This document shows, one piece after another, positions 1 through 8,060 of a DNA stretch of 16,322 nucleotides. The notes below the pieces were generated by a model. The model was not told the DNA's origin and did no database searches. It saw nothing but the letters and a program-made list of their open reading frames with translations. Numbering within the stretch: position 1 is the first letter of the stretch; each line of letters opens with the position of its first letter. Source of the DNA: Promethearchaeota archaeon (GTDB lineage: Archaea; Asgardarchaeota; Lokiarchaeia; Sigyniarchaeales; SOKP01); NCBI GenBank assembly GCA_048938895.1, contig JBHLLU010000036.1:24792-41113 (forward strand), written 5' to 3'. Made by a program: the position numbers and the translations under genes.

Positions 1-83
1 TACTATACTAGATCAATTTGTACCATGCCTTTGTTTTATAGAAATGAAAGTATTGATTTCAAACAAGCATTCCAATAAAAATA

Positions 84-90
84 TTTAAAT
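84..90 (+). promoter_or_regulatory. Putative archaeal TATA box for the solute-binding protein gene
   Basis: TTTAAAT preceded by an A-rich BRE-like tract, about 80 nt upstream of ATG 169. The AT-rich background makes this weak. Confidence 0.4.
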
Positions 91-114
91 TCTTATACTG
101 ATAAATTATGATAA

Positions 115-137
115 TTGTTAATCTTCGCGATTAACAA
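115..137. promoter_or_regulatory. Perfect 9-bp inverted repeat (operator or 5'-UTR hairpin)
   Basis: TTGTTAATC-ttcgc-GATTAACAA, about 25 nt downstream of the putative TATA box, near the expected transcription start. Confidence 0.55.
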
Positions 138-168
138 GATCTAAATAAATAAAAAAGGGCAAAAAACA

Positions 169-2646
169 ATGAAAAAGAAGTTTAGTGGATTATTTTTCCT
201 TTTAGTTTTAGTCTCTATATCAATATTTACATATCCATCGATTCAATATAAAAATCCTAAAAAATCAATCGAATTCACTCAAAGTCCTAATATTGCAGCT
301 AACGTCCCATTTATTGTGTGTTATGACCACAATCCCTCTGCTCTTGATATCGTCGATACATTGGATACACCAACAAGGAACATCCAACATCAGGTGGTAG
401 AAGGTTTAGTAGAATATGATCTTTCAGATCATCCTAATTATACTATAGTTCCTACTCTTGCTGAGTCTTGGATTTGGAAGAACCCTACTGAAATCAGTTT
501 TATGTTAAGAAAGGGAGTACAATTTCACGATGGACATTCAATGACTGCCGCAGACGTAAAGTGGAATTTTGAGAGGGTTCAATATTTCATTAATGCTACA
601 GGCACTCTTCCAAGCAACACGACCGCTGCTTACCCTCGTTCTCTATTCTTCCATCTTGATGGAACACCTATTTTTGATAGTTTTAAGATTAATGGGCTCT
701 ATAATTTTACTATTGTGTTAACCAAACCTTTTGGTGCCTTATTGGATTTGCTCTGTTTTGGTGTTACTGATATTTTATCACCGTTTTCAACTCCAAGATA
801 TCAATATTTGGATTTAGATACAGAGATTTTAGTTGGAACTGGTCCTTTCGTTTATGATGGATTTACACGGGATGTAGATGTAAGATTCCATGCTTTTCGC
901 AGTTATTGGCAAGGAGAAGCATCAATTAAAGAAATGAATTGGGAGATTCTAGAAGATGATACTGAGAGAATGATTGCTGCTCTAGCAGGAGATTATGATA
1001 TAGTGCAAGGTGTACCATTGACTTGGCTCAATACCTTTAGAGATAATCCTATTTTTCATGTAGAAGATATTGGAGAAGATCTTTATTATTTCTACATGGA
1101 GCTTTACTGTGGTAATAGGAATACCGATGGTACTCCTCTAGGTGGGCCCCAATTCCAGAAAAATAATGCTACCTTCAGAAGAGCTCTCGCATTAGCTATT
1201 AACTATACTTATATCTACGATGAAGTTCAAAATGGATATGCCGATGAAGGAACTCCAGCCGTTCCAAGAGCTATGCCAGGACATAATGACTCGGTTGTTC
1301 AAGCCAGTGATAGTAAATTTACATGGGAAGAGAATGTCGAAAAAGCAAGAGAAATTATCAAAACAATGTGGGGTCTCGCCCAAGCAGGTGATTGGAATAC
1401 CACATATCCTGGTCCTGATGAGGCACTTTGGACAGGAAATACATTTAGAACCCTTGAAGTCAATAGACACTTTGGAAGCAGTACCAATCAACGTCTTAAT
1501 CTATTATTGGATTGGAGCTTTGAATTAATTGGTGTTGATACGCATGAAACTATTAGACAATGGAATGATTACTTAGAAGTAGGTGAAAACTCTCCATGGG
1601 AAATGGATATAGGATATCTTGGAAGGTATCCTGATTATCTTAATCCATACAACATGATTGACCCATTATTTAACCTTGCTTCTCATTCTTGCTTCTCAAG
1701 AATAAACGATACAAGTCCGGGCGGATTAACTGAATTGATGAATGCTGCTGCTACTGAAACTAACCTAACAATACAATTAGAATATTATCAAGCTATTCAG
1801 TCATTAATATATGATATTGAACGTCCAGTAAACCCTGCAAGTCACTGTCATATCTCAGGTTGGGTTTATTTCATGTATTCATGTCATAAAGCAGGATTGG
1901 TAGACTTTCATTATAATGTTTTACAATTACTTGATTTATATTCAATAGAATGGGCTCCAGCTAATTTCTTTTTAGACTCTGATGCTGCTAGCCCCGAACG
2001 GTATGGAAATTTTAACTTAACCTGGTCTGATTCCCAAAGAGCTGATAATTATTCTATTCTTACATATCATAGATATATAACTGAAATTAATAGTAGCCTA
2101 ACTCAACTAGCCTTTCAAGATGCGAGTTCACCATACCCTATTACAGGATTTCCAGAAGGAGATCATTATTTCATAGTTGTGGCATATAATGACAAAGGAT
2201 ATACATTGTCTAATTGTATTAATGTAACTGTTTTATTTTTTAAACCAGGACCGTTCAATTTATACTCTACCGCCGATACACCAGATACTGATGGAAGTTT
2301 TATTCTGTATTGGACTAATTCTTCTGGAGCAAGAAACTATTCAATTTATAGTTCTGATTCTTTTATTACAAATCTAGATCCAGGACTATCCTTAGAAGCC
2401 GAGGATACAAACACACCTTATGCAATCTCTGATTTGGGAAATGGTGATTATTTTTTCATTGCTGTTGCATATAATGAGTCCGGTTATACTTTATCAAATT
2501 GCATTGAGGTTGAAGTTCAACTTGAAAAAGAAGAATTTATTCTTGGATATAATGGATATTTATTAACTACAATTATTGGCTTGATATCTGTGGTTAAAAT
2601 TTCTAGATACAAAAGAAAGAAGTTGAAAGAAGGAATCAATAATTAA
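169..2646 (+). CDS. ABC transporter solute-binding protein family 5 (OppA/DppA-like) with two C-terminal FN3-like repeats and a Loki-CTERM-like anchor
   Basis: N-terminal signal peptide (MKKK plus hydrophobic run). SBP_bac_5 motifs P.LAESW, LRKGVQFHDG..MTAADVKWNFER, VGTGPF and FRRALALAIN. About 17 N-x-S/T sequons. C-terminal ILGY, hydrophobic segment and basic tail. Confidence 0.92.
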   Translation: MKKKFSGLFFLLVLVSISIFTYPSIQYKNPKKSIEFTQSPNIAANVPFIVCYDHNPSALDIVDTLDTPTRNIQHQVVEGLVEYDLSDHPNYTIVPTLAESWIWKNPTEISFMLRKGVQFHDGHSMTAADVKWNFERVQYFINATGTLPSNTTAAYPRSLFFHLDGTPIFDSFKINGLYNFTIVLTKPFGALLDLLCFGVTDILSPFSTPRYQYLDLDTEILVGTGPFVYDGFTRDVDVRFHAFRSYWQGEASIKEMNWEILEDDTERMIAALAGDYDIVQGVPLTWLNTFRDNPIFHVEDIGEDLYYFYMELYCGNRNTDGTPLGGPQFQKNNATFRRALALAINYTYIYDEVQNGYADEGTPAVPRAMPGHNDSVVQASDSKFTWEENVEKAREIIKTMWGLAQAGDWNTTYPGPDEALWTGNTFRTLEVNRHFGSSTNQRLNLLLDWSFELIGVDTHETIRQWNDYLEVGENSPWEMDIGYLGRYPDYLNPYNMIDPLFNLASHSCFSRINDTSPGGLTELMNAAATETNLTIQLEYYQAIQSLIYDIERPVNPASHCHISGWVYFMYSCHKAGLVDFHYNVLQLLDLYSIEWAPANFFLDSDAASPERYGNFNLTWSDSQRADNYSILTYHRYITEINSSLTQLAFQDASSPYPITGFPEGDHYFIVVAYNDKGYTLSNCINVTVLFFKPGPFNLYSTADTPDTDGSFILYWTNSSGARNYSIYSSDSFITNLDPGLSLEAEDTNTPYAISDLGNGDYFFIAVAYNESGYTLSNCIEVEVQLEKEEFILGYNGYLLTTIIGLISVVKISRYKRKKLKEGINN
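1957..2517 (+). repeat. Tandem ~90-aa FN3/Ig-like protein repeats (1957-2232 and 2245-2517)
   Basis: Both copies share P..F.L.S.A..P...G.F.L.W..S..A.NYSI ... GD..FI.VAYN..GYTLSNCI.V.V. Confidence 0.85.
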
Positions 2647-2662
2647 GAATAAAAAGTTATAA

Positions 2663-2671
2663 TTTTTTTTT
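2663..2671 (+). terminator. Oligo-T archaeal terminator candidate
   Basis: T9 tract 16 nt after the SBP stop codon, between convergent genes. Confidence 0.5.
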
Positions 2672-2684
2672 CACTCTAATTATA

Positions 2685-3470
2685 TTATTCGGGTATAGTT
2701 GCTACAGCTCGAACCCAACCAGCACTAGCTCTTGCTATTTTTATCGGAAAGCAATAAATAGTTGCCCCTGTGGAAGGAACTTTGTCTAAATTACTAAGTT
2801 TTTCCATTTGAAAATATCCTAATTCAATCCCTGCAAAATGACCTTCCCAAATAATGGAAGGATCCTTAGTTTTCTCCCATTTTTGGGCAGTTATTGAAAA
2901 AGGGGCATCCCACGACCACGAATCAGTACCGACAATGTGAACTCCTTGTTTAATAATGTAAAGTGTAGCTGCTTTTCCCACGCCTACTCCATGATCCACA
3001 AATTCTCTTGTTCCATAATATTTAGGAGCTGTAGTGTGAATACACAAAATATCCCCTTCTTTTAATTGGTGATTAATTTCTTCTAATTTCTGGTCGATAT
3101 CATCTGGAGTTAAAACATAGCCATCCTCATAATTCGTACAGTTAAGAACGATTAGTGACCCAATACACCATTCTAAAGGTATCTGATCTATAGTCATTGC
3201 CCTTTTCTCACCAATTTTTCTATCTTGAATAGAAGCAAAATGCCATGGGGCATCCATGTGTGTTCCATTATGGGTGCCAAGAGTTATCCTCTCAGTTGCC
3301 CAACCTGTTCCGATAGGCAAATACTGTTCATGGTTTAAATTAAAAATAAGTCCCATCTGTTTAGCTCCGGTAGAATGATCATTATATTCAATCTTTAATT
3401 CTGTACCTTCAGGATCAAACAACATTTCACTCGGGTTAATTAATGGGATTGATAAATCAACAAATTTCAA
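2685..3470 (-). CDS. Cyclase family metal-dependent hydrolase (kynurenine formamidase-like)
   Basis: HNGTHMDAPWH (HxGTHxDxPxH) motif, N-terminal VDLS, GTDSWSWD and MEKLSNLD...FPIKI...AGWVRAVA. TTG start. Confidence 0.92.
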   Translation of the reverse strand: MKFVDLSIPLINPSEMLFDPEGTELKIEYNDHSTGAKQMGLIFNLNHEQYLPIGTGWATERITLGTHNGTHMDAPWHFASIQDRKIGEKRAMTIDQIPLEWCIGSLIVLNCTNYEDGYVLTPDDIDQKLEEINHQLKEGDILCIHTTAPKYYGTREFVDHGVGVGKAATLYIIKQGVHIVGTDSWSWDAPFSITAQKWEKTKDPSIIWEGHFAGIELGYFQMEKLSNLDKVPSTGATIYCFPIKIARASAGWVRAVATIPE

Positions 3471-3523
3471 GTATGCTCAGCTCATTTTGTATAATTTATA
3501 ATTTTATAAATGTAATATTTCAT

Positions 3524-4393
3524 TCATATCTTTAATAACTTCGCACCATTGAGCCCCATAATTTTGTCAACTTCATCTTTAGTTAGAAAATCAATACGAT
3601 CAAAATAATCTACAGCAATTTCTATCATTTCCGGATTATTACCATCTGAGCCAAAAAGAATTTTATGTATTCCTATAATTTCATTTGCTTGCAGCAATAA
3701 ATCTTTCAATCGAGAAGGCATCATATAGGCTAAATTACTTAAATCCAAATAGACATTAGGATACTGAGCTGCTAAGGCAATTGCAATATCAGTAAATGGA
3801 TAACCCATATGAGTTATTATCAGGTTTGCTTTTGGAAATGAACTAGCAAGACTGTCAATATATATAGGATTTGAATAAGTAAGTACGTTTCTCCTTGTTC
3901 CAGGAGGGGGATACCCACAATGCATTACGACAGGAATTTTAAATTTTTGAGCTGCTTCTAAAACGGGATAGATTAATTGATCATTTAGATATTTATTTCT
4001 AAATGTAAGCATAATTTTGAATCCTTTATAACCTCCCTCATTAACTGAACTTTCTATTTCAGATTGAACATCGAGGATATTATCTGATTTCTCAGGTGGA
4101 TTATAGAATGGAATAAAGACCCCTGGGGCAAAATCAACCCACTTCTTTACTTCTAAATTTTCGTTCTTGTTGACTGGTAATAATACAACTTTATCGATAT
4201 TTGCGTTTCTTAAATGCATTATCGTCTTTTCCATAATGTTGCTAGCTTCTATAGATCTTATATTTTGCATTTTTTTTATCATCCTTTCATAAAATCCATA
4301 TCCTCTAAAGATCATTGCTCCTGCTTCTGCCATTTTCCTTGCATCTATAGGGGGAAAAAGATGACAATGAAAGTCAATTCTCACTTCTAACAC
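3524..4393 (-). CDS. Amidohydrolase_2 family metal-dependent hydrolase/decarboxylase
   Basis: IDFHCH (DxHxH), GFKI, PVVMHCG, ITHMGYP, NVYLDLS, KILFGSD and IMGLNGAKLL. GTG start, with an alternative GTG at 4384. Confidence 0.9.
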   Translation of the reverse strand: MLEVRIDFHCHLFPPIDARKMAEAGAMIFRGYGFYERMIKKMQNIRSIEASNIMEKTIMHLRNANIDKVVLLPVNKNENLEVKKWVDFAPGVFIPFYNPPEKSDNILDVQSEIESSVNEGGYKGFKIMLTFRNKYLNDQLIYPVLEAAQKFKIPVVMHCGYPPPGTRRNVLTYSNPIYIDSLASSFPKANLIITHMGYPFTDIAIALAAQYPNVYLDLSNLAYMMPSRLKDLLLQANEIIGIHKILFGSDGNNPEMIEIAVDYFDRIDFLTKDEVDKIMGLNGAKLLKI

Positions 4394-4473
4394 TCATTTA
4401 GATATTTAGAATATGATAACTCTCATGATGAATTAAATTAGAATGTTATGAAATAATCATCAAATGATAAGGA

Positions 4474-4935
4474 TTAATCCCTAAAAACAGTTCTAATGCG
4501 ATCTTCTAATTTTATTCTTAGATCTCCAAGAATTTCATCCACTTGGGGCTTAAATTTCTTAAAGAATTTTGATCCTTTAGTGAAGATGTCTTTAAGATCA
4601 TATTTTTTAAGAAAAAGAGAATAAATCTTCTTGAGGTGTTGAAGTACAAATTCATGGTCTGTTTTTTTTTCAATTATTGCAAAAACTAATAAAGGCTGAA
4701 GAATCTCTTCCTTATCTTTTGAAGTTTGAACCATTTCATAATAACAAATAATTTCAAAATTAGAAAGAGATATAACGTATATCTCATCCCCAAATACTTC
4801 ATTAATGTAATCTTCAAGCCCACTAAGAAATCGATTCCGTATGTTAGGATCCAATATTTTATCTGCTGACGAATAATACTTGATTTCAAGAAGTTTTTTA
4901 AGCCCTAAATTTATCCCGATTTCTAAAACGGCCAT
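4474..4935 (-). CDS. Probable longin-like domain protein (Asgard eukaryotic-signature type)
   Basis: The pattern fits a longin fold: two N-terminal strands, helix DPNIRNRFLSGLEDYINEVFG, strands ending LLVFAII, helix LKKIYSLFLKKY and a final F..FKPQVDEIL helix. This is pattern recognition only. Confidence 0.6.
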   Translation of the reverse strand: MAVLEIGINLGLKKLLEIKYYSSADKILDPNIRNRFLSGLEDYINEVFGDEIYVISLSNFEIICYYEMVQTSKDKEEILQPLLVFAIIEKKTDHEFVLQHLKKIYSLFLKKYDLKDIFTKGSKFFKKFKPQVDEILGDLRIKLEDRIRTVFRD

Positions 4936-4950
4936 TTTTCTTTACCAACG

Positions 4951-5682
4951 TTAGTTTGAATTATAGAAGGGAAGGGTGCTAAGTTTCTTATGGATTTCAT
5001 TAAATGGATGTAAAATCATCTTTTGTGCAAGAGTTAATACATCTTCAGTTCCAGAATAGATATCATACCATTTTATAGCCTTTCCATAAACTTTTTTTAA
5101 CATTGATTTCCTATTTAAGAATGCATCTTTAGCAATCTCCTTGGAAATCTCTGAGGTTGATTCTTTGAGGACTTTTTCTATTGCTGTTTTTAATTTCATT
5201 TTGGGTTTTTCTTGAATTTTTTTAACCACTTTGTTCATATAATCTTGATACTCGCTTAAATAATCCAGAATACTCTCCGCCGATTTAACAACTTTTTGAG
5301 CATCAATTTTACCTACATCAAAACTTTGAAAAGTTTCTTCAATTTTTTCTTTAGCTCTTCTCACAAGATCATCTTTGATTTCCTTAATGAGAACTTCTAC
5401 TGAACCTAAACCAGATACAATATCATTAGCCTTCTGTTTTAAATTTAAAAGTAGTTCTTTATCTAATTCTATTGGTGAAGTCTGTTGGATCTCTTGAACA
5501 TCTTTAATACTCTCAACCTGTGAGTTATTAATTTCATTCAATGTGAATTCTTTATTATCAGCATTCTGTTGTTCTTGTTCTTTACATGATGGACAAGTCC
5601 CACTATACATATGTACTTCACCAATAAAAGTCTCAGTATTATATACCTTTTTACATGTTTCACAATGTACAAATTTTACCAT
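4951..5682 (-). CDS. Hypothetical protein: N-terminal Zn-ribbon plus helical/coiled-coil region
   Basis: CETC...CPSC, then a Q/N/E-rich linker, then a K/E-rich amphipathic helical region. It ends 15 nt before the longin-like gene. Confidence 0.8.
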   Translation of the reverse strand: MVKFVHCETCKKVYNTETFIGEVHMYSGTCPSCKEQEQQNADNKEFTLNEINNSQVESIKDVQEIQQTSPIELDKELLLNLKQKANDIVSGLGSVEVLIKEIKDDLVRRAKEKIEETFQSFDVGKIDAQKVVKSAESILDYLSEYQDYMNKVVKKIQEKPKMKLKTAIEKVLKESTSEISKEIAKDAFLNRKSMLKKVYGKAIKWYDIYSGTEDVLTLAQKMILHPFNEIHKKLSTLPFYNSN

Positions 5683-5880
5683 AATTAAACCCTAATTATT
5701 ATGCTCTAAATATTAGTTTAAAGTATTTTATTCATATTATAAATTTAATGTATATTTAATCAGAATCATTTAATTTAAGGAATTTCAATCCCAGGGAGTT
5801 CTACTTTTAAAAATTTGCCCTTTTACCATAGAAGGTTTCCATCATGTCTTTGATTTTGAATTGTAAGTATGAAATGAAAT

Positions 5881-6840
5881 TTATCTTTTCTTTTTCTGAT
5901 ATCTCATCTGTTTCCTGTTTTGAAACGCACCTCTTCTCTCCATTTCTTTCAAGGTATACCTTTCGAGTACATATCGTGATACGGGTAATATTGATTCAGC
6001 ATTATTTAGATATTCCTGTAGTTTTCTCGGCAATTCCCTTACAATATTTTGTACTACTTCTTTAGGATCAATTGAAATACGATATTTATAAAAACCCTTA
6101 TTTAAATTTGTAATATCAGTAAGTAAATACCTAACCGCTTTATCAATTCTTATTCGTTCAGGTGTATCAATGAAAGTTTTATAATTGTATAAGACTGACT
6201 GAGAAACATCCATTGTAACTAAACCATTCTCATTTATCATAAGATTGTCATTACTATAATCTCCGTGTATCATTTGAGCGTCTAGAAATACACGGGCTAT
6301 AATGTCAATAGCCTCGTAGAGAATATTTTCAGGATCGTCGATCTCACTAATATTCACATCACTAAGTAAGGGTGCTGGTATTAGAGAATCTTCCTCAATA
6401 TTAATAAATTCCATCATCATGATATTTTTTAATAAATATCTTGGTTTAGGAACGGGTACGCTTGCTTTATGGAGTTCATATAAATTCCAATACTCTTGTT
6501 TTGCCGCAATAGACGCCATTGCTTCTTTTGAAATATGATGAGTACCCTGTAGACGTTTTTTTATAGTACTGGTGAAATATCTAAAAACTTTAGCACAAAC
6601 TAATTCGTTTGTCTCCTTTTCTTGAGCTAGAAGAACTGTTGCTTCCTTTCCTGCACCAATAACAGAAAAAACCTTTTTAATTTTTCCTGTGGCAAGGAGT
6701 TGATCTGTGGCTTCTTTAACAGTTATTTCTCTTAATGGAACTCTGTAGTCCTCTCTTTGTTCATTTAAAAAGTGTCTACTTTTCGAAACTTTTATCCCAT
6801 ACTTTTGATCAAATTTTTTATTTGTCATTTCTAACCTCAT
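5881..6840 (-). CDS. rio1: RIO-family (RIO1-like) atypical Ser/Thr kinase/ATPase
   Basis: P-loop GAGKEATV, CAKVFR lysine, VPVPKP, MMMEFI hinge, HGDYSNDN catalytic loop and MDVSQ metal loop. No RIO2-type N-terminal wHTH is apparent. The true start is probably ATG 6828, which has GAGGT at 6838-6834. Confidence 0.92.
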   Translation of the reverse strand: MRLEMTNKKFDQKYGIKVSKSRHFLNEQREDYRVPLREITVKEATDQLLATGKIKKVFSVIGAGKEATVLLAQEKETNELVCAKVFRYFTSTIKKRLQGTHHISKEAMASIAAKQEYWNLYELHKASVPVPKPRYLLKNIMMMEFINIEEDSLIPAPLLSDVNISEIDDPENILYEAIDIIARVFLDAQMIHGDYSNDNLMINENGLVTMDVSQSVLYNYKTFIDTPERIRIDKAVRYLLTDITNLNKGFYKYRISIDPKEVVQNIVRELPRKLQEYLNNAESILPVSRYVLERYTLKEMERRGAFQNRKQMRYQKKKR

Positions 6841-6862
6841 TTCTGTTTATGAATTTTTTATT

Positions 6863-7060
6863 GGTGAAACGCACTTCACCCTTATTATTTATCACAATTT
6901 ATGCTGTAAATCCAAATATCTCTAAAATTCTAAATTGAATTTGACTTGGATTTACGAATTATGACTTTACCTAAAATCCTTTCAGGAACTAAAACAGACG
7001 TATAAGTAGTGTTATTAATGGTAAAACATACCTATTGAGGTCTGTTCTTTTTTCCTAAAA
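6863..7060 (-). promoter_or_regulatory. Structured RNA leader (three stem-loops) upstream of the RIO kinase
   Basis: Nested helices 7060-7052/6988-6980, 7047-7040/6999-6992 and 7036-7029/7023-7017. A 10-bp perfect stem 6955-6946/6915-6906 has an inner 6-bp stem. A 6-bp hairpin lies at 6880-6863. Several imperfect pairs are G-U only on the minus strand. Confidence 0.6.
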
Positions 7061-7089
7061 TCCGATGCTTTATACATATTTTCATCCAT
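7015..7089 (-). CDS. Putative 24-aa leader peptide / small protein MDENMYKASDFRKKEQTSIGMFYH
   Basis: ATG 7089 to TAA 7015. Shine-Dalgarno GAGGTGA at 7104-7098 with an 8-nt spacer. TATA-like boxes at 7143-7137 and 7118-7111. Too short for the ORF track. Confidence 0.55.
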   Translation of the reverse strand: MDENMYKASDFRKKEQTSIGMFYH

Positions 7090-7216
7090 TCGAACAATCA
7101 CCTCACTATGTTTTTATACAATCAATGATTCTGGAGTTATAAATATTATCCTCCTCTGGATGAATTAAGGTTTCGCATTTCTTTATCCACACAAGTTATA
7201 AAACAATAAAAAAAAG

Positions 7217-7222
7217 TTTAAA
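7217..7222 (+). promoter_or_regulatory. Putative TATA box for a leaderless nitroreductase transcript
   Basis: An A-tract (BRE-like) followed by TTTAAA, centred about 26 nt upstream of ATG 7246, which has no SD. Confidence 0.5.
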
Positions 7223-7245
7223 TCGTTTAAAACGTCTTAAATTTT

Positions 7246-8055
7246 ATGTCTATTGTTGGAGTTAATCAGGAATTATGTTCTCAGTGTAAAAAATGCATAA
7301 CAGATTGTACAAGAGGTCTCTTTAGGGAAGACTCTTCTGCGAAGATACTTCGTATTGCTGATCCCTTTAATACCTGCAATTTTTGTGGTAAATGTGTTGC
7401 AATTTGCTCTGAAAATGCTATAATATGGGAGGGGGATTGGGAAGATGATGTGGAATCTTATCCAGGTGTAAAAAATTATGAGGAAAATGTTTCCTATGAA
7501 AATTTAATGCAACTTTTAAAAGCAAAAAGATCAGTTCGACAATATAAAAAGAAACCAATCCCTCGAGAGGTCCTTAAGAAAGTTTTTGAAGCCATGCGTT
7601 ATGCTTCAAGTGCAGATAACCGTAGAGCATGGAAATTTGCAGTGGTGTCGGATCCTGCGCTAATTAAAAAATTAAGTCAAGAATCGATAAAAATTGTTTA
7701 TCAGTATATTGGATTTCCCTCAGCAGATGCTGCATTGAAGTATTTTGAATCAATTGATAAGGATCCCATTTTTCATAAAGCCCCAACTGTAATTTTTCTG
7801 GCCACGGGTCCAACAGGTTCGATGCCTCTGGTTGATTCTGGAATTATCCTTACATACGGTCAGCTTGCTGCCCATACACTTGGTTTAGTAACTTGCTGGA
7901 TTGGAATGGCTCATGGACTTGGGATGAATAAAGAAGCGATGGAAATTATTGGATTAGAAGGACAAATTCATGGGGTTTTAACGATTGGGTATCCTGCAGT
8001 TAGATATATACGAACTCCTCCTCGAGCACCTTTAGATGTAGTAGGATTAGAATAA
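7246..8055 (+). CDS. Nitroreductase family protein with N-terminal 2x[4Fe-4S] ferredoxin domain
   Basis: CSQCKKCITDC and CNFCGKCVAIC cluster motifs. Nitroreductase motifs KRSVRQY, ASSADNRRAWKF, LAAHTLGLVTCWIG and IGYP. Confidence 0.93.
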   Translation: MSIVGVNQELCSQCKKCITDCTRGLFREDSSAKILRIADPFNTCNFCGKCVAICSENAIIWEGDWEDDVESYPGVKNYEENVSYENLMQLLKAKRSVRQYKKKPIPREVLKKVFEAMRYASSADNRRAWKFAVVSDPALIKKLSQESIKIVYQYIGFPSADAALKYFESIDKDPIFHKAPTVIFLATGPTGSMPLVDSGIILTYGQLAAHTLGLVTCWIGMAHGLGMNKEAMEIIGLEGQIHGVLTIGYPAVRYIRTPPRAPLDVVGLE

Positions 8056-8060
8056 AAAGT

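Noticed and set aside
1192-1528. Three short ORFs (1192-1491, 1220-1528, 1299-1487) inside the SBP gene
   Set aside because: They are shadow frames of a well-supported CDS and show no motifs.
5760-5850. Possible SECIS or C/D-box RNA on the minus strand (AUGAUGG...CUGA)
   Set aside because: Box C is imperfect, there is no terminal stem, and the upstream RIO gene has no in-frame UGA.
5921-6874. 10-nt direct repeat TGAAACGCAC at 5921-5930 and 6865-6874 near both ends of the RIO gene
   Set aside because: One copy is inside coding sequence, there is no integrase or transposase, and 10-mer matches are expected by chance in 16 kb.
7048-7056. A6 run in the small ORF as a -1 frameshift site
   Set aside because: The phase (G AAA AAA) does not fit X XXY YYZ, and the shifted frame stops soon after without reaching RIO.
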